From Cercozoa sp. M6MM (taxonomy: Eukaryota > Protista > Endomyxa: Ascetosporea), in assembly GCA_040357565.1 (NCBI GenBank), contig JBDODJ010000075.1: a stretch of DNA of 55,888 nucleotides. One strand, given 5' to 3'. Position numbers and translations under genes: made by a program. Every line of letters starts with the position of its first letter. Positions within the stretch are counted from its first letter, which is position 1. The notes below the pieces were generated by a model, which saw only the letters and a list, made by a program, of their open reading frames with translations, made no database searches and was not told the origin of the DNA. Shown here piece by piece: positions 38,546 to 52,006 of this stretch.

Positions 38546-41500
38546 TCAAGCATCGCCCAGACTACTCGGGTTTGCAACGATATATTTCCGAGTCGAAGGA
38601 GTCCATTTGTAACGTGCGTCGCAAGTATTCCATCTGAATTGCGAAACAATATTCACATCAACTCGAGCTGTAGTACTGTACTGTACCGTTGTTTCCACGT
38701 CGTCTTTTATCAATTCAACGACTCTCTCTTGGTCACAATGGTCCCTGTGTTTGCATAAGATAAGATACACTTGCAGCATCATACCGTAGCAATAAACTGA
38801 CTGTATGCGAAGTGCGTGTGCTTGCAACATGACTCGCCTGCCGTCAGTGAGTTCGTGCTGCTGCGACTCTTTCTGAAACAAGAACGTTGTGGACAGAAAT
38901 GCGCGCTTACACAACTGTCGGTGAAAAAAGAAGGACAGCGTTACGACAAAGTCGAGCGAGAAACGAAGCGGCTTCCGGTAATAGGAACAATTCTGTTTTC
39001 ATATCTTCAGTTACTTCTGTAGTTTGGAAAAAGCTGGTCGAGCAGTACGTCTGTGCAGTACAGTACCCTAGCCACGGACTCTTCAGCACGCAACAACTTC
39101 ATGGCTTTCTCCAGTGAGCACTGAGCACAGCATGAAGATGTTTATGGAACCAGTTTACCCACCGGACTGGGAAGTTGACAATACCTCACATTCGCCAGCG
39201 TCGGCAAGGGCTGGATACTCTTCGATACACTCGCGCACGGTGTCCAACAGTACGATGGTTTCATTTCGAGTGCTAAATTTATCCAAGCATTGGAAATGCA
39301 TCAACTACAACGTTTACATCAAGCAGTCAAGAATACAGTTCGCCGAAGTAGCTGTCTTCGTCGCTCGGGTGCAAGAGTCTAGGAAGAGCTCGGAGCACTT
39401 CACGCTGTTTTTCGGTGCCGGTCAGTCCCTCTGTTGGTCAGAACAGTAGAGTAGAGTCTGTAAACACCTGAAGAGAAACAACTTACTGAGTTTCCCGACA
39501 CTCACAGCCAGCGGGAAACCTTCCACCAGTTCGTAGAGTAGGTCCCAAGGATTCGGTGTCTCGCTGTCAAAGGAGATGAATTCGTCATACCAGTCCTATA
39601 TCCAGTGTTTTACTGATCCATACTCCACTCCCCACTGGCAAAGTTGCAGTCTTCACCTTGTGGTAACGATTGTAGACGAACATTGTGTAGAATGCTTGAT
39701 GCGTATCGCGGATCCGTTCGCAGTCGACCTGCGAACAATGGTTAAGTAAACTAAGTTTACTAATTTGATGGACAATAGGAAAGAGAAAAGTACGCTGTTG
39801 CTAGTGTCGTGTGTGGCGGCCAGAGCACGGATTTCGTGCAACAGCGCTCTATATTATGCGAACAACTTTTGCTTGGAGACAGAGACGTCGACACGTATTT
39901 TTTAACATACGCGATGTAACAGACGTGCGAAAGACGGGGTCCGATTTTTCGATAGTTGCAGTTCTCAAAGTACAGCAGTTCAAACAGATAGGCACGAAAC
40001 GCCATTCTGACACAGTCTTCTTTGTTCGGAAACATTTTCTGCATTAAGCAGTCGAATTCAACTTTAATTTCAGCGAAAACACGTGCAACGATGAGAGATG
40101 ATACCCGCATCGCGTTGATTTCGTTTCGCGCAAACCTCTGAGAACAGGAGATCATTTTCTCTGCGCTGTTGTCGGCTCCTTAAGCATAAAATGAACGTAG
40201 GGAGTGCGTGCATGGACTACACAACTACAGAAAGGAAGTAAGTACCATTTCCAGTGGCAAAGATGCCAAAAGCGAGCGCATCAGCAATTCGATGAATATC
40301 GCGGCGCTGCATTTTCGTCTCTCTGACAGCTGTTTCGGCGCGTTCCATTTGACTCGTAAGTTTATAGTTGCCGTACTCGATTTTTTCCTGCCGTTCTTGA
40401 AATTTTGCGAGAATTTTTTCGAACGCTGCCTTCCGTTCAAGTTCAAGTGAATCTTCTTCTTCGGTTGACTCTTCTTCTTTGAGTGACTCTTCTTCTTCGG
40501 GTGACTCTTCTTCGGTTGACTCTTCTTCTTGGTCACGGCTCAAGGCATCAACCCAAGAAATACGTTCCCTGTGCGTAGTATTTATAAAGAGTTGTTAATT
40601 GACGGATAAAGTTGACACTTGAGAGTAAGTTACCTCTCTGGAACTAACTGGTTGATGTATTCAACAAATGCCTTCAGACTCACGGTTTTGCCTGCTTCGA
40701 TGTAGTTCCACAACTTTGCTACAGACAAACGATAAAAAGTGGCAACGTTTGTTCCGGATTTGTGAAGCAGAAACGGACAAACGGTTTTTAAAGGCTGTCG
40801 TGTCTTGAGTCGTTGGAGTTCGCGCTTGCGAGAGATGTGACGATACTGCATGTTTTGGTTTGGCGTTTTTTGTTTCTGTTTCTTTTCTTTTTTGGAGGAG
40901 TCGGACTCCTCTTCCTTCTCCATCGCTTTTTGAGCTTTCTTAGCGACACGTTGGACGTGTTGTCTGTCCAGCGAAATCGTGTGTCGCAACCGGAAAAGGA
41001 AACGACGCAGGCGGCGCAGTGTTTCGAACCTGAAAGGATAAAGTAAGTTTACTTTCGCAGTCGAGCACAAGAGGGCACTTGTCTCAGAGAGAATGATGCA
41101 CCAAGGTAGGTTGTCCTGTGGCATGAAATCGTCTCTTATTTCAATCGCTTTCTGCAGCTTATCTGCCTGCGCAATGTGGAAACTTAAACATTCCCAAAAA
41201 AAAAACGTTATGGGTGGACCGTGTTTTGAATCGCTTGAGTGCGTTCTTCCGTCAGTTCCATGCGGTACGCCGTGTTCCTGTAGGTACACTTTCTATCTCC
41301 GATACATTGTTTGAGGAAAGATCAAGTACGCCAAACACTCCAGGCCGGGTAGCCAACGAATCGCCACCAACAATGGGTCTTCGTCCTCATCGCACATGCG
41401 AGCGGCGAGTGTGTTCTACATGTGTGAAGTGATTGCATTAAGCTCACTGCAGGGTGACCAAAAAGCCATTACAAGGTTGTCTAAAAGCCATTCGAACGAC

Positions 41501-42511
41501 TCTTTGGGCCCGATCTGCAGACGACAAATGAAAACTCAACTGACAACTGTCTCAGCTGCCAAAGTGAATTGAAGAGTTGTGTACCATGTGATCGACTTTC
41601 ATCAACTCTTTGGGAAATGCAGCTCTAGCCAAACTGTCGTAGTTTTCAAGTTCCTCGAGTATGTTGTCCATCTGCCCAGCAAACATTTGCAGTCTTCTTA
41701 CCTGGACAGCAACCTCAAGTGTGTGCAATCCTAGGAACTTTTACTTCCACTTTCGGCCGGTAGCGGTCAAAGAATCGAAGCAGCACTGACGTATCTTGTC
41801 TTAACCTGGATGGCTCAGTCAAATGCCTCACTTGGATAGTAAAGCGCAGGGTACTCGCTCATTTTCTCGTACACACATTTGAGAAAAAGCCCCTGTCATC
41901 AATGCCCGTTTCTTCTCGGTTTGTTCCTCCTCATAGAACCATATCCTGATCAAGGTAAGTTTTACATCTACGAACTCGTCTGGTCGATCCTGACTGACTT
42001 CGACAAACCGATCGATGACTACCGGAAAGAACGGCGGTTGGTTTAAACAGTTCGACCGAGAAGTGAGTGGATGGAACTCACCTTCGTGGGCGTGTTTGAA
42101 GTCTTTTGACAGCAACAGAACCAGCAGCAGCTCGCAGTACAAGTCAACTGAATAAAAACGATACAAATACAACCAACCACACACATACAGCTGCTTGTTC
42201 TAGGAAATCAGTTGTTACGCGAAAGCTCTTCATGATTTTTTTCACCAACGAAAAAAGGCAGGCAGTATTCGGTGTCTTCGGCAGACAATCCGTTGAACTC
42301 GTTTTTTGTGTACTGAAGGAGCGCTTTATGAACCTACCAACAGCACCGTCACTATACTTTTTTGGAAAGTGTAGTTTGATCGAAAGGACAAACTGAGCGG
42401 AACCCGAGAGGTTATTTCGTCAAGAGGGAAGGTGGGTGCTGAAATGGCCGAAACGAATTCGAATCGAAGCTGTCCCAATCGCCTCAGCGGGCGCAAACCC
42501 GAGCGAAACAT
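38546..42511 (-). CDS. Large orphan multi-exon protein (possible frameshift near 42240)
   Basis: ORFs 40630-41289, 40217-40543 and 39760-40155 join in frame through GT-AG introns (LVPER|ERISWVDALSRDQEEES..; GNG|ADNSAEK). N-terminus MFRSGLRPLRRLGQLR. The 3' extent is tentative. Confidence 0.6.
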
Positions 42512-42686
42512 GTCTCTCTCGGTCTTCAGTACAACTGGACTGAGCAATGGGGGCTTGCAACGGCTTCTAGTCTCCTGCAATTTTGCTTATTTTTGGGAGT
42601 TTTTGCATTTTCAGTCCGCGTGCAAACTCGATACTGTACAGATGATCTTACTTACTACCAGTCCACAGCAGGCAGTTACAGTTTTG

Positions 42687-45600
42687 CTAATTAGATGCAC
42701 TAACGCTGTCACTACTACTGCCTTTGTAGCTACGGAACGCGTCTAGAACTGCGCTCGCCTGACCATGGATGTTGGAACAGTGGAAACGAAACTGCTTTCA
42801 GTTTTGAGCTGAAATACCGTAAAATGTCCTCGCTGCACTTGTGCCTTGAGTGACGCCACAGTGTCGTCGGCACAACGCAAGAGCATCTCATGTCGCGCCA
42901 GATGCAGCGACAGCACGCGCACTCGGCCCTAACAAACGTACATCCAACTGGAGCGCATACAGACTGACTGAGCCAAGTGTTTTTGTACCCTGAGTTGCAG
43001 AGTTTCTTGCTGCCACCGCTTGCGTTCTTTCTCAGTCTTTTGCAGCTCCAGCTCTTTTTTGGAACTGCAAGAGAGTACACTTGGGTATGCACATGGTCTG
43101 TGAGAGAAAGAAAGACGGCTTACACAAGGCGGTCAGTATGAAGCACTCGTTGTTGCAGCGACTGTCGCAAGGAGTGACGTTCCTGCCGTTCGTACAGCAG
43201 TGCGTGTGAGAGTTTGTCCAGTCGCTGCTGCAGTTCGTCCTACAGTCATTACAAAGAAAGTACAACATTTAGCGACACGTCGACTCAACACAACTGAAGT
43301 CAGGTTACAGTTTTTTCAACGACAGAATGATGCACGAAGCGCGTGGCTGCATCTAGCTGCTGCTGCGCTGACTGGCGAATCGTTTGCACGTGCTCCTGCT
43401 GTTCCACCAAGCGCTGTAGCGCCTGTCGTAGCTCCGTCACTTCGGCGTTGTGCTCTCTCCTCACCTGTAAATACTCCTGTGTTTCAGATACTAGTGTTTC
43501 ATTTTTGACACAAAAAAGTACCTGCAGAATGTGCTGCTGCAACGCAGATAACCGCTGCTGCTGCCGATAAAGAAAGTGTTGCTTGCGTTTGGTTCGACAT
43601 TGCATCCAGTAGAGCTTCATATCGCTCACGAAAGCACTCAGATCGTCGGCGAAAGAGTCGCTGACATCGCGACTCTGCGAGGTGTCAATGTGCAGATCTA
43701 GCGAGACGTCAGTGTCCTCCAACTCGAGGTTTTCGTTGTGCGTGTTGACTGCCACACAGTGCTGAAGCAACTGTACTGTGTTTGTTGTGCCGTCTTGCAC
43801 TCCAGCACGCGTTGTGTTAATCGCGCTGTCTCGCAGGCTCACGTGTCTTGTGTTGGTCGAGCTGTTCACTTGGTTCAGGACTCTTTTTGACTTTGACCTG
43901 GGAGAGTCCGAATCCACCTGGACCGAGACTTGCTTCACATGGACAGGAGCGTGCGCAGCGGCGATTTCGCGAATGCAGGACCAGGCGCGTTGTTGCTCGA
44001 GGAAGGAGACCTCTTCGTTGAACGAAGTGAGCTGATCGATCACTTGCGAAATGTCTTGTCGCACTCGGTGGTTGACGTGTTCGCTGATACGCAGCGCGTC
44101 CTGTGCCACAGCGACAGTCGTGCGACGAGGCGACGGTGTCAACGGCAAGTGCGAAACAAACGTGGCCACTGTGGGCGCACTTTGCACGCGTTTCCTTTGA
44201 CGAATTGTGCAGCTTTCGTCGATGGAAGCAGTGGTGTCACAGGTCGACGAAGAAGGAGCCTGCGTGGTATCACTCGCGGTGATTGCATTTGTCGTATCCA
44301 CTGCTGACTCGGTGATAGCACTGCTGTTGTTCTCATACTCCAGAGGATACAGCTCTGCCACAGTCTGGCAGTCGGCGTCTGCAAAGTGAGTCAAGGGCGT
44401 CTGCGTGAGAGAGCTCACTCCCAACACCCGAATCTCGGCCTGCGTGCTCGTGTCTCTCGCATCGCGTGTCACCTGGCATGCCACGTGCGCCAAGTGGAGT
44501 ACATGCGGGCTGGTGCCACTGTCACATGTCGCCACCTGCGTCTCTGTGCAGGCGTCGCTGACACCAAGGTGCGTGTTGGGTGTCCCGGTTTGTACCGTAT
44601 GAACCGACACACAAACAGTAGTTCCAACTGAAACAAGTGCAGCAGTTTCGGTCTGACAGCTCGCATGTAAACTTGCGTCAACAGCGGTTTTTTCGATCTC
44701 ACTTTCGTCGCTTTTGGCATCGCTTTCGGAGTGACCTTGTTCGACGTTCGAGGCGTAATTTGACTGAACTGTGGCTTGATTGTTGTTGTTGTTGTTGTTG
44801 TTGTTGTCAGAAACCCGCTCAGAACCCCGCAAATTCACCGACGTTGAGACGGTTTGCGCATGCTGCTGCCGAAGCTCTTCGATCTGCTGGAGAAGAACGT
44901 CGTGCCGCTGCTTCCACTGTTGCTGCACCGAGTTGAGTGCCTTGTGTGCGGACCTTCTCACTCGCTCTAGGATGGAGAATGTCAAACTAAACGTTGCTAG
45001 TGTCAAATGAAGTACCAACAAGGTTGTCACGTCGTTCCAACTCAGTTTTGAGATGCTCGACCTGAAACTTCAGCGTCGCTGTTTCGCCTTCGTTTTCGGT
45101 GTACTCTTGGGTGCCGCCTGCTGAGGTTGCGTTGTGTTGGGCCAGTCGTATCTGTGTTTTCAAACATAACTTAATGATCGAACCCCACCAGAGAGACGGG
45201 GTTTATATAATTGGGAATGTACGATCTGAGACAAGACTTCAACCAGATTCTCCGGAGAAATCACAGAAACCTCGGTCAGTCCTGCAAAGATAAATCGCGT
45301 CAACTGAATCCGAGTTGACTGCAGTAAATCGGCCGAGACAAGACTACCTGAATCAGCGAGCGCGTGCGCCACTCGCTCAAGCAGTTGTTGATTTCGACTG
45401 CTCAGTTGCTTCAGTTGCAAAAGCTGCTGCTGTAACTGCTGTAACGTCCTACAGTCATTGAAGATTAAACGAAACTTGACTTGACTCGCAGGCAAAGCAT
45501 GATACCACTCTTTCACAATTTCCTCGCTAGTGTCACTGCCACCAGTTGAAGCAGCGGCCACATTGCGTGACTGCTTCCCACCTGCAGTTGGTGAGGACGC

Positions 45601-45963
45601 TCGCGTTACCAGACAGTACCGAATCTTGTCGATCAAGGGTCGAATACTGCGAAGCATCGTGCCTCCACTATCATCGATCTCGTCTCGCTCCGCCATTGCG
45701 TCGAGTTGGTCCAACGCTGTGTCTGCGCATATTTCAATACTCCCAAAGTGCTTCCTTGAAAGCGGGTAAAGCTTACCGCCAAAGACCTCCGTGTCGCAAA
45801 GAACCGCACTCAGTTCTTCACGCACAACGGCCAACGCGTCCAGAGCATCGTCGCGCTGCTGCTTCGTTTGCGACAGTCGATCAAGCGCGCTCCATTCCGC
45901 TGCCTGCGTCATTACGCTAGGCGGAGGGATCGCATGGCCATGCAGCGAGTCGTTCAAGTCCAT
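42687..45963 (-). CDS. Large coiled-coil protein with a central disordered region rich in xxQT/xxNT motifs
   Basis: Long exons 45160-46035 and 43300-45030 with heptad-rich ends. The 3' end is approximate. Confidence 0.75.
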
Positions 45964-46040
45964 AATGGACTTGCACTGCGTCCTCCGCGATGGTCCGCTT
46001 AGCCTTGTTCCCTCTCCCTTCGGCCGTAATACCACAATCT

Positions 46041-47998
46041 ATGCCGACGGTATTTGCGCCTGGCAGCAAGAAACGCTCATTTCGCTTTCTGGAATTCAAA
46101 GACATGCGAGACTTAGACTTTTGGCTGAGGGAACAAGCTTCACGCGGTTGTTGCTCTGAGAGACACGACGGCATGGCTACACCGCTGCGGAGTGGCATTC
46201 CCCCCGCCAATGACTTTAGCCGGAACTGCAGAACACGTGATCTCGCGCTGCTAAAGACTAGATCGGACTTAGTTCTAATGCTATGTCCTCTGAAAAAGCA
46301 GATCAGCGTGTAGTGGTGCTGTACTTGTGTCTGTGTCGTGTTGCCACTGGGTGATTGATTGTTGAAAGTTTGCAGGACACGCAAAATTCGCTGTTCGCGT
46401 CAGCTTCGGCACCGAAGGGTGCGACGCCCGCATTTTTTGGTTCAGCGGCGAAGCTTCGCGGAGGCACTCCGTTGTCCTCGTCGAACTCGAGCAATGCGTT
46501 TTCGAGTTCGAACTCGACGCGCGGCAGCATGTTCGCACCAGGCATGTCGGGTGCGCCAGGCACCTTCATGCTGTTTGCAGCTGCCTCAAGTGCTCCAGTG
46601 AGGTACGTTGAGGTGGGAGCCAACGACGATCTGTCCACGCAGACCACGGACTTCATTGCCACTACGGGTGCGTCGGCTTTCGTCGAAGAAGAGAAGGACG
46701 CCTCAACAAAGGAGACGAAGCTGACTGTTGTCGCTGAGACTGACGAGAGCAAAAACAAAAGCAAAACTTCTGTCGAAACCGAAGCGAAAGCACAAAATAC
46801 GAAAGAAGCGCTAGCGACTGTTGAGACGAAGGAAACACAGGAAACGAAAGAAACAACAGAGGCGACAGAGACAACAGAAGAGAAGAAAAAGGCAACGACA
46901 AAAGAAGCGAAAGAAACCTCAAAAATCCCAGAGTTTCTCGTTGCCTCCAAGGTACAGCTTTGTCTGCTTTCATAAATTCTAGGTTTCTTCTTCTCACGAC
47001 GGGGACTCTGCTCTAGGACTTGCGCGAAATCTACAAGAGGCGCGAGGAACAACTGTTCGCAGTGCGTTGTGATATCCTTTTCATTTATGATGTGTCAATA
47101 CAGATACGTGTATTTTACGTCTAGGTAATGTTTCCAAAAGAGCTGCCAAAACGAGGAATAGCAGGCTTGCAAAAGAAAGAGGACGAAGCGGAAGCGAAAG
47201 TGGTGCGGCACTTTGAGACTGGTTGCATGTGGAAGCGGAACGTAACTCCAGTTTGATTTTCTGATTTAATTTTAAATGACACTTTTTATTTTGCACAGCC
47301 TTTCCAAAAGCAGCAAGTTCAATCGCGAGCCACGCGACTCCAGAATCCGGTGCCGCTGTCGCTGCCGTCGCCGCAGCAAGAAGCACCACCTTCGGAAGAC
47401 GACGATACCGCTTTCCGTCCTCCACCTCGCAAGAAGCGACGCAAGTTCCAACCGCCGCGGCAGATTCAGCGTGCCAACGACGACAACTGCGAGTCCCAGC
47501 CGCCGCAGAGAGTGCGCGTGCACAAAACTCTCGGCATGCGACGCGTTCGAAAGCAGTCCACAAGAACACCTGTGTCGAACGACAGCGACACCGACAGCAG
47601 CAACGACGAAGAACAATGTGCGTCAGAGAACGTTTTTGAGTACGTCCTGTTCTCCCAGTGTTTGTGCTTAAATTGAACGTCCTTTCGCAGTTCGTTCGAG
47701 GACTCTGTGTTGCGTATCTTGCGCAACAAGAAGCAACTCGTCATGGGCACCAGTACCTCCATTTTTACACCTAGTCAATTTAGTTATGCTGAGTGACGCA
47801 GAAACCGACATCTGGATCGCCAGCATCGAAGGTCGAAACCGACAGTACTACATCACATTCCAACGTGGCCTGCGGCGTGAGTCGCGTCTCGTGTCGCGTA
47901 CCGTGCACGTGCAGGGCACCTTTCGCGCCGCGTCGCTCCGTATCCTGCAGGTGGCGCGCATGCAGCACAAGAAGAACCTCCAGATCGAAGGCGGTTAG
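46041..47998 (+). CDS. Hypothetical protein with a K/E/T-rich low-complexity segment
   Basis: Chain of plus-strand exons with GT-AG boundaries, ending ..MQHKKNLQIEGG*. No family recognised and the start is uncertain. Confidence 0.55.
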
Positions 47999-48215
47999 AT
48001 CGTGTATGTACGTACGCGTACGATATCGATTGCCGTGTGCGATGCCCGGTAGCTAGCATACGATACGTACCGGTCCGCACAAGTAGTAAGGAAACGTTAA
48101 CCCAATTGCAACCTAGCTCGTCCTCGACTGCGCTTCGCTTTTAATTGTGCAGCACCGGGCGTCATGCCGTCATGCCAGCGCAGTGGGTCGAGAACTGTAG
48201 CCGTACTGTTCACCT

Positions 48216-51200
48216 CTAGCTGCTGCCAGTGTGAGTAGGAGACGAAGGCAGCGAGCTCACAGTAGCTGAGGTGTGCGCCGGGAGTGTTGCTTTGCCCCTA
48301 TCGACAATCGAAGATACAAGTTGTCAAGCTCGAGAAAAATATAAACGCAGATTTGTACGAGGTCAAAGCGATCAGTTGATCCACGACCGATGGGTCGGCC
48401 ACTACAGTCGCAGTGATACAAAAAATGACATCATCGATACCGTACGAAGAGTAAAGGTACGAGTCGAAACGTCGCCCAATTTCGACTTGTCTTGCTCGCC
48501 TGAATCAGAGAAGAATAGTAAACACAAAAGAAGAGTCAATAGCTGGGTACCTTGCGCAATTTTGCGCAACAGACGACGCATGATCTTGCCAGATCTGACA
48601 GAAAAGAGATGTAAGTGTATCTAGCACAAGGGGGAACACACAACACACCTGGTCTTTGGCAAGCCCGAGGTCAGCACGACGCGATCGACGGAGCAGAAGG
48701 CGCCAATGTGATGTCGCACTTGCAGCTTGAGTTCCTGTTCCAGCACACGAATAAAGCAGAGCATCGGCGGAAGAAAAGAGGGCAAATGGTACAACAGGCA
48801 ACTCGTCGGCGTGATAGCACGCGCCTTCCACCGGCACGCAGTAGGCCACCATGCCCTGACGAATACGTCTCCGTAAAACAACACAAAGGACTCAGAATTT
48901 ATTGAGTACCTGTCCTTTGATGTCGTGCGGAATGCCTGCACAAGCGAGGGTAACAACGCAAGCAAACACACAAGTTGAGCGAAAACAGTACCTACGACTG
49001 CACTTTCGGCAATGGCTTCGTGCGACACGAGGGCACTCTCCACCTGCAACAACACAAACATGTGAAATACGAAGCTTAGATAATAGCAAAAGCGGATTGA
49101 ACCTCAGCAGTGCCAATTCGGTGGCCGCTGACGTTGATAACATCGTCGACACGCCCGGTGATGCACAGGTGTCCATCGGCATCGCGTTTCGCGCCATCGC
49201 CGGTGAAGTAGTAGCCCTGGCATCAAGCGATTACATATATAGGGTGGTATAAGGGTGGAAAGAAGAACGGATACCGGATATGCGCGCATGTAGACGGTGA
49301 GATAGCGCTCGTGGTCGCCCAGCACGGTACGACTGTGCCATAGGCAATGATAAGGAAAACGACAGCATGAAATCAACAGAGACAAGCTACCACATGCCAG
49401 GCCAGGGTCGCTTGAATGCCAAGACACCTTCAGCCTCCGTTTCCTGAATCTCCTTGCCCTGGCGGGAGGGAAGTTATAAGTGTGCACTGAGCTGAGGGAT
49501 TTTTGAATTGTACAGTAGCAGGGTCAAGAAGCACAGGTTCGATGCCGAAAGCCGCGTATTGCGCAACTACAGCACGGTATTGAAAGCAAACACAAGACAA
49601 AATCCTGAGATGGAAAAATGTACAGCCGGGTTTTTTAGAGTGCATCGGGAGCGGCGTCAGCACATGCCCACCAGTTTCGGTTTGCCCTGCTCGCACCGGA
49701 CACTTGTAAGTGGGTCTCTTTCACCAACAAAGCAAAGCTTACAGTAAGTATCGACAATGGCAACACCAACGTTTTCATGCACCCACATCCAGGCTTCCTA
49801 TAAGAAGGTAACACGTGCTGCACGAGCGAAACTAGCGTGAGTCTAAACTAACCGGATTGATCGGTTCTCCCACGGAACCGAACACTCGCAGGGTCGACAA
49901 GTTCGATTGTTTTGGCCACTCGGCGCCCATGCGCATCACTGCGGAAAAACACCGTTCGCACATGCGGAAAAACACCGTTCGCACATGTGTGCAAACCTCG
50001 ATGTGCCACTTTAAAGAAGAAAAGGGATACAAGCACGCACGGCCGTGGGGGCAGTGTAGAGCTGCGTGACGCCAAAGCGTTCAACACTGCGCCAGTATCG
50101 ACCGGCGTCCGGGTACAACGGCGTGCTGCCGAACATGAGCGTCGTCACGCCATTGCACAACGGACCGTACACGATGTACTAAGCACAATAAACTCGCCTT
50201 AAAGAGCATAGTGAACACCATACAAAGAGAGTACAGAGTGACCGGTGATCCAGCCAACATCGGCCATGCATGCGAAGATATCACCCTGCACGCAGACTTG
50301 TTGATACACCTCTTAGATTAGAAAAGAACAAAGATGTACCTTGCGAATATCGAAGGTGTTAGAGTGTGTGTAACTCGCGTAAAGCAAGTAACCCGCCTGC
50401 GAGTGCAGAAGCCCCCTGCCATATGCCCCGTAGACATAGCGAAACATGTTTCAACTGATCGGGACAAAGAGTTTACTTGGGTCGTCCAGTGGAACCACTC
50501 GTGTACAAGACAAAGAGCGGGTCCTCGCTATCCAGCCACTCACACGGACAGTACGGCCGCTGTCGACAGGGATACATATCAATCGTATGTTTGTGAGAGA
50601 CCATCGAAAAAGCAATACCTGCTGCATGACGAGAGTGTTCAAATCAAGAGTCACACGATCGAACTCGCACTTGTCGTTATCTGCGTAAAGCACAGCACTA
50701 TCAAGCGAAACTTGCACACAAGACAACCGGCTACCTTGCTGCAACATGAGCACTGTTTTCACGAGCGTGTGCGCCACTTCGTCCAGCAGCGCCTCGCGCA
50801 CGATGCTTTTGAGATCAATACGCTTTCCACCGCGCGTGCTGCTTGTCTACGGAAACAGAGGAATATCGCTTTCTGTCGCATCAGTGAAAACTGTCACATA
50901 CAGCAGAAATGACGATTTTGCACTCAGCGTCCAGAATTCTGTCACCTACGCAAAAAGGACAGACCTCTGCATTTTTCTTGCGACTTAACACAGGAAGAAA
51001 AGTACGCAAAGCATCGGCGCTGAAGCCGGCGAACACCACCTGAGCACAGCAAATTACGTGCTGACGGAGAATAACAGCTAGAACACTAGCCACACACCGA
51101 ATGAACGGCTCCGATACGAGCGCAAGCAAGCATCGCCACGGCCGCCATCGGACACTAAAATGTTGTACAACTTATTTTTCCACATCCAATCAATCAAACT

Positions 51201-52006
51201 GAACAGAAGACAACTAAAAGGTACCATGGGCAAGTAAATCGCAACGACATCGCCTATAATAACAGGAAGAGAACATAACTACTTGATTCAAAAAGGGCTG
51301 ATGAACAGGAAGCTTCACCCTTTTTTACATCGCGTTGCTTTAAGAGATTGGCGAAACGGCATACTTGGCTGTTTGCCATCCAAGTACATCAAGTACTATA
51401 CTGTAAAATCAGAAAACCGGATACCGTTGCAGTTGAGCAAACGTGACTTTCTCAGCTTCCGCTGACTCATCGTCTGGCTCGAAGATCAAAGCAATTTCAT
51501 CGCCTTTTCCGTGCGCTGGTTACATTTTGCGTTATATCGAAACATCGGAAGCTGCTCAATTGGAGAGGTACCAACGTGTCGATCGACACAGTTGTAGCAC
51601 ACGTTGATTTTGCCGTTAAGAAACCATGCAATGTCGCCATGCTCGAACGAGCCTGAGCAGAGTTAGTCAAATATTAAACTGAAAGAGGATCACCAACTAG
51701 AATACTAGTTGCCTTACCATGCGAAACCTGGGAAAACGGAGCAAACCACGACAGAGTAGCCTTTGCCTACCCAAAGTCAAAAGTTTAACCAAACTAATCA
51801 AACTACAGATAAGAAAAATTGACAGAACTTACTTTCTCCGCCCAATAGGTGTCATTTTCGCGAAGCGAATATGTGTATTCCTGTGGTCAGCGACAAGCAT
51901 TTCCGAGGTTGTCGGTGACGCACATTTATGAGTGCAATCTTACCTGGTTGTACTCCGCAGGCGTGATAGCACCGGGTGGGTAGTTTGCAGGGGCAGGAAT
52001 CGACAT
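48216..52006 (-). CDS. ACS: Acetyl-CoA synthetase (AMP-forming)
   Basis: [18 protein letters not shown]; [30 protein letters not shown]; [13 protein letters not shown]; QTETGG; [13 protein letters not shown]; [18 protein letters not shown]. Many short introns. Confidence 0.97.

Noticed and set aside
46303-47052. 249-aa hydrophobic minus-strand ORF
   Set aside because: It is the antisense shadow of the K/E/T-rich plus-strand exon.
48216-52006. Alternative genetic code or non-canonical introns suggested by fragmented ORFs
   Set aside because: Every junction I traced in ACS, ECM4, RETSAT, TGS1 and the transposase resolves with GT-AG and standard stops. Not all introns were traced.
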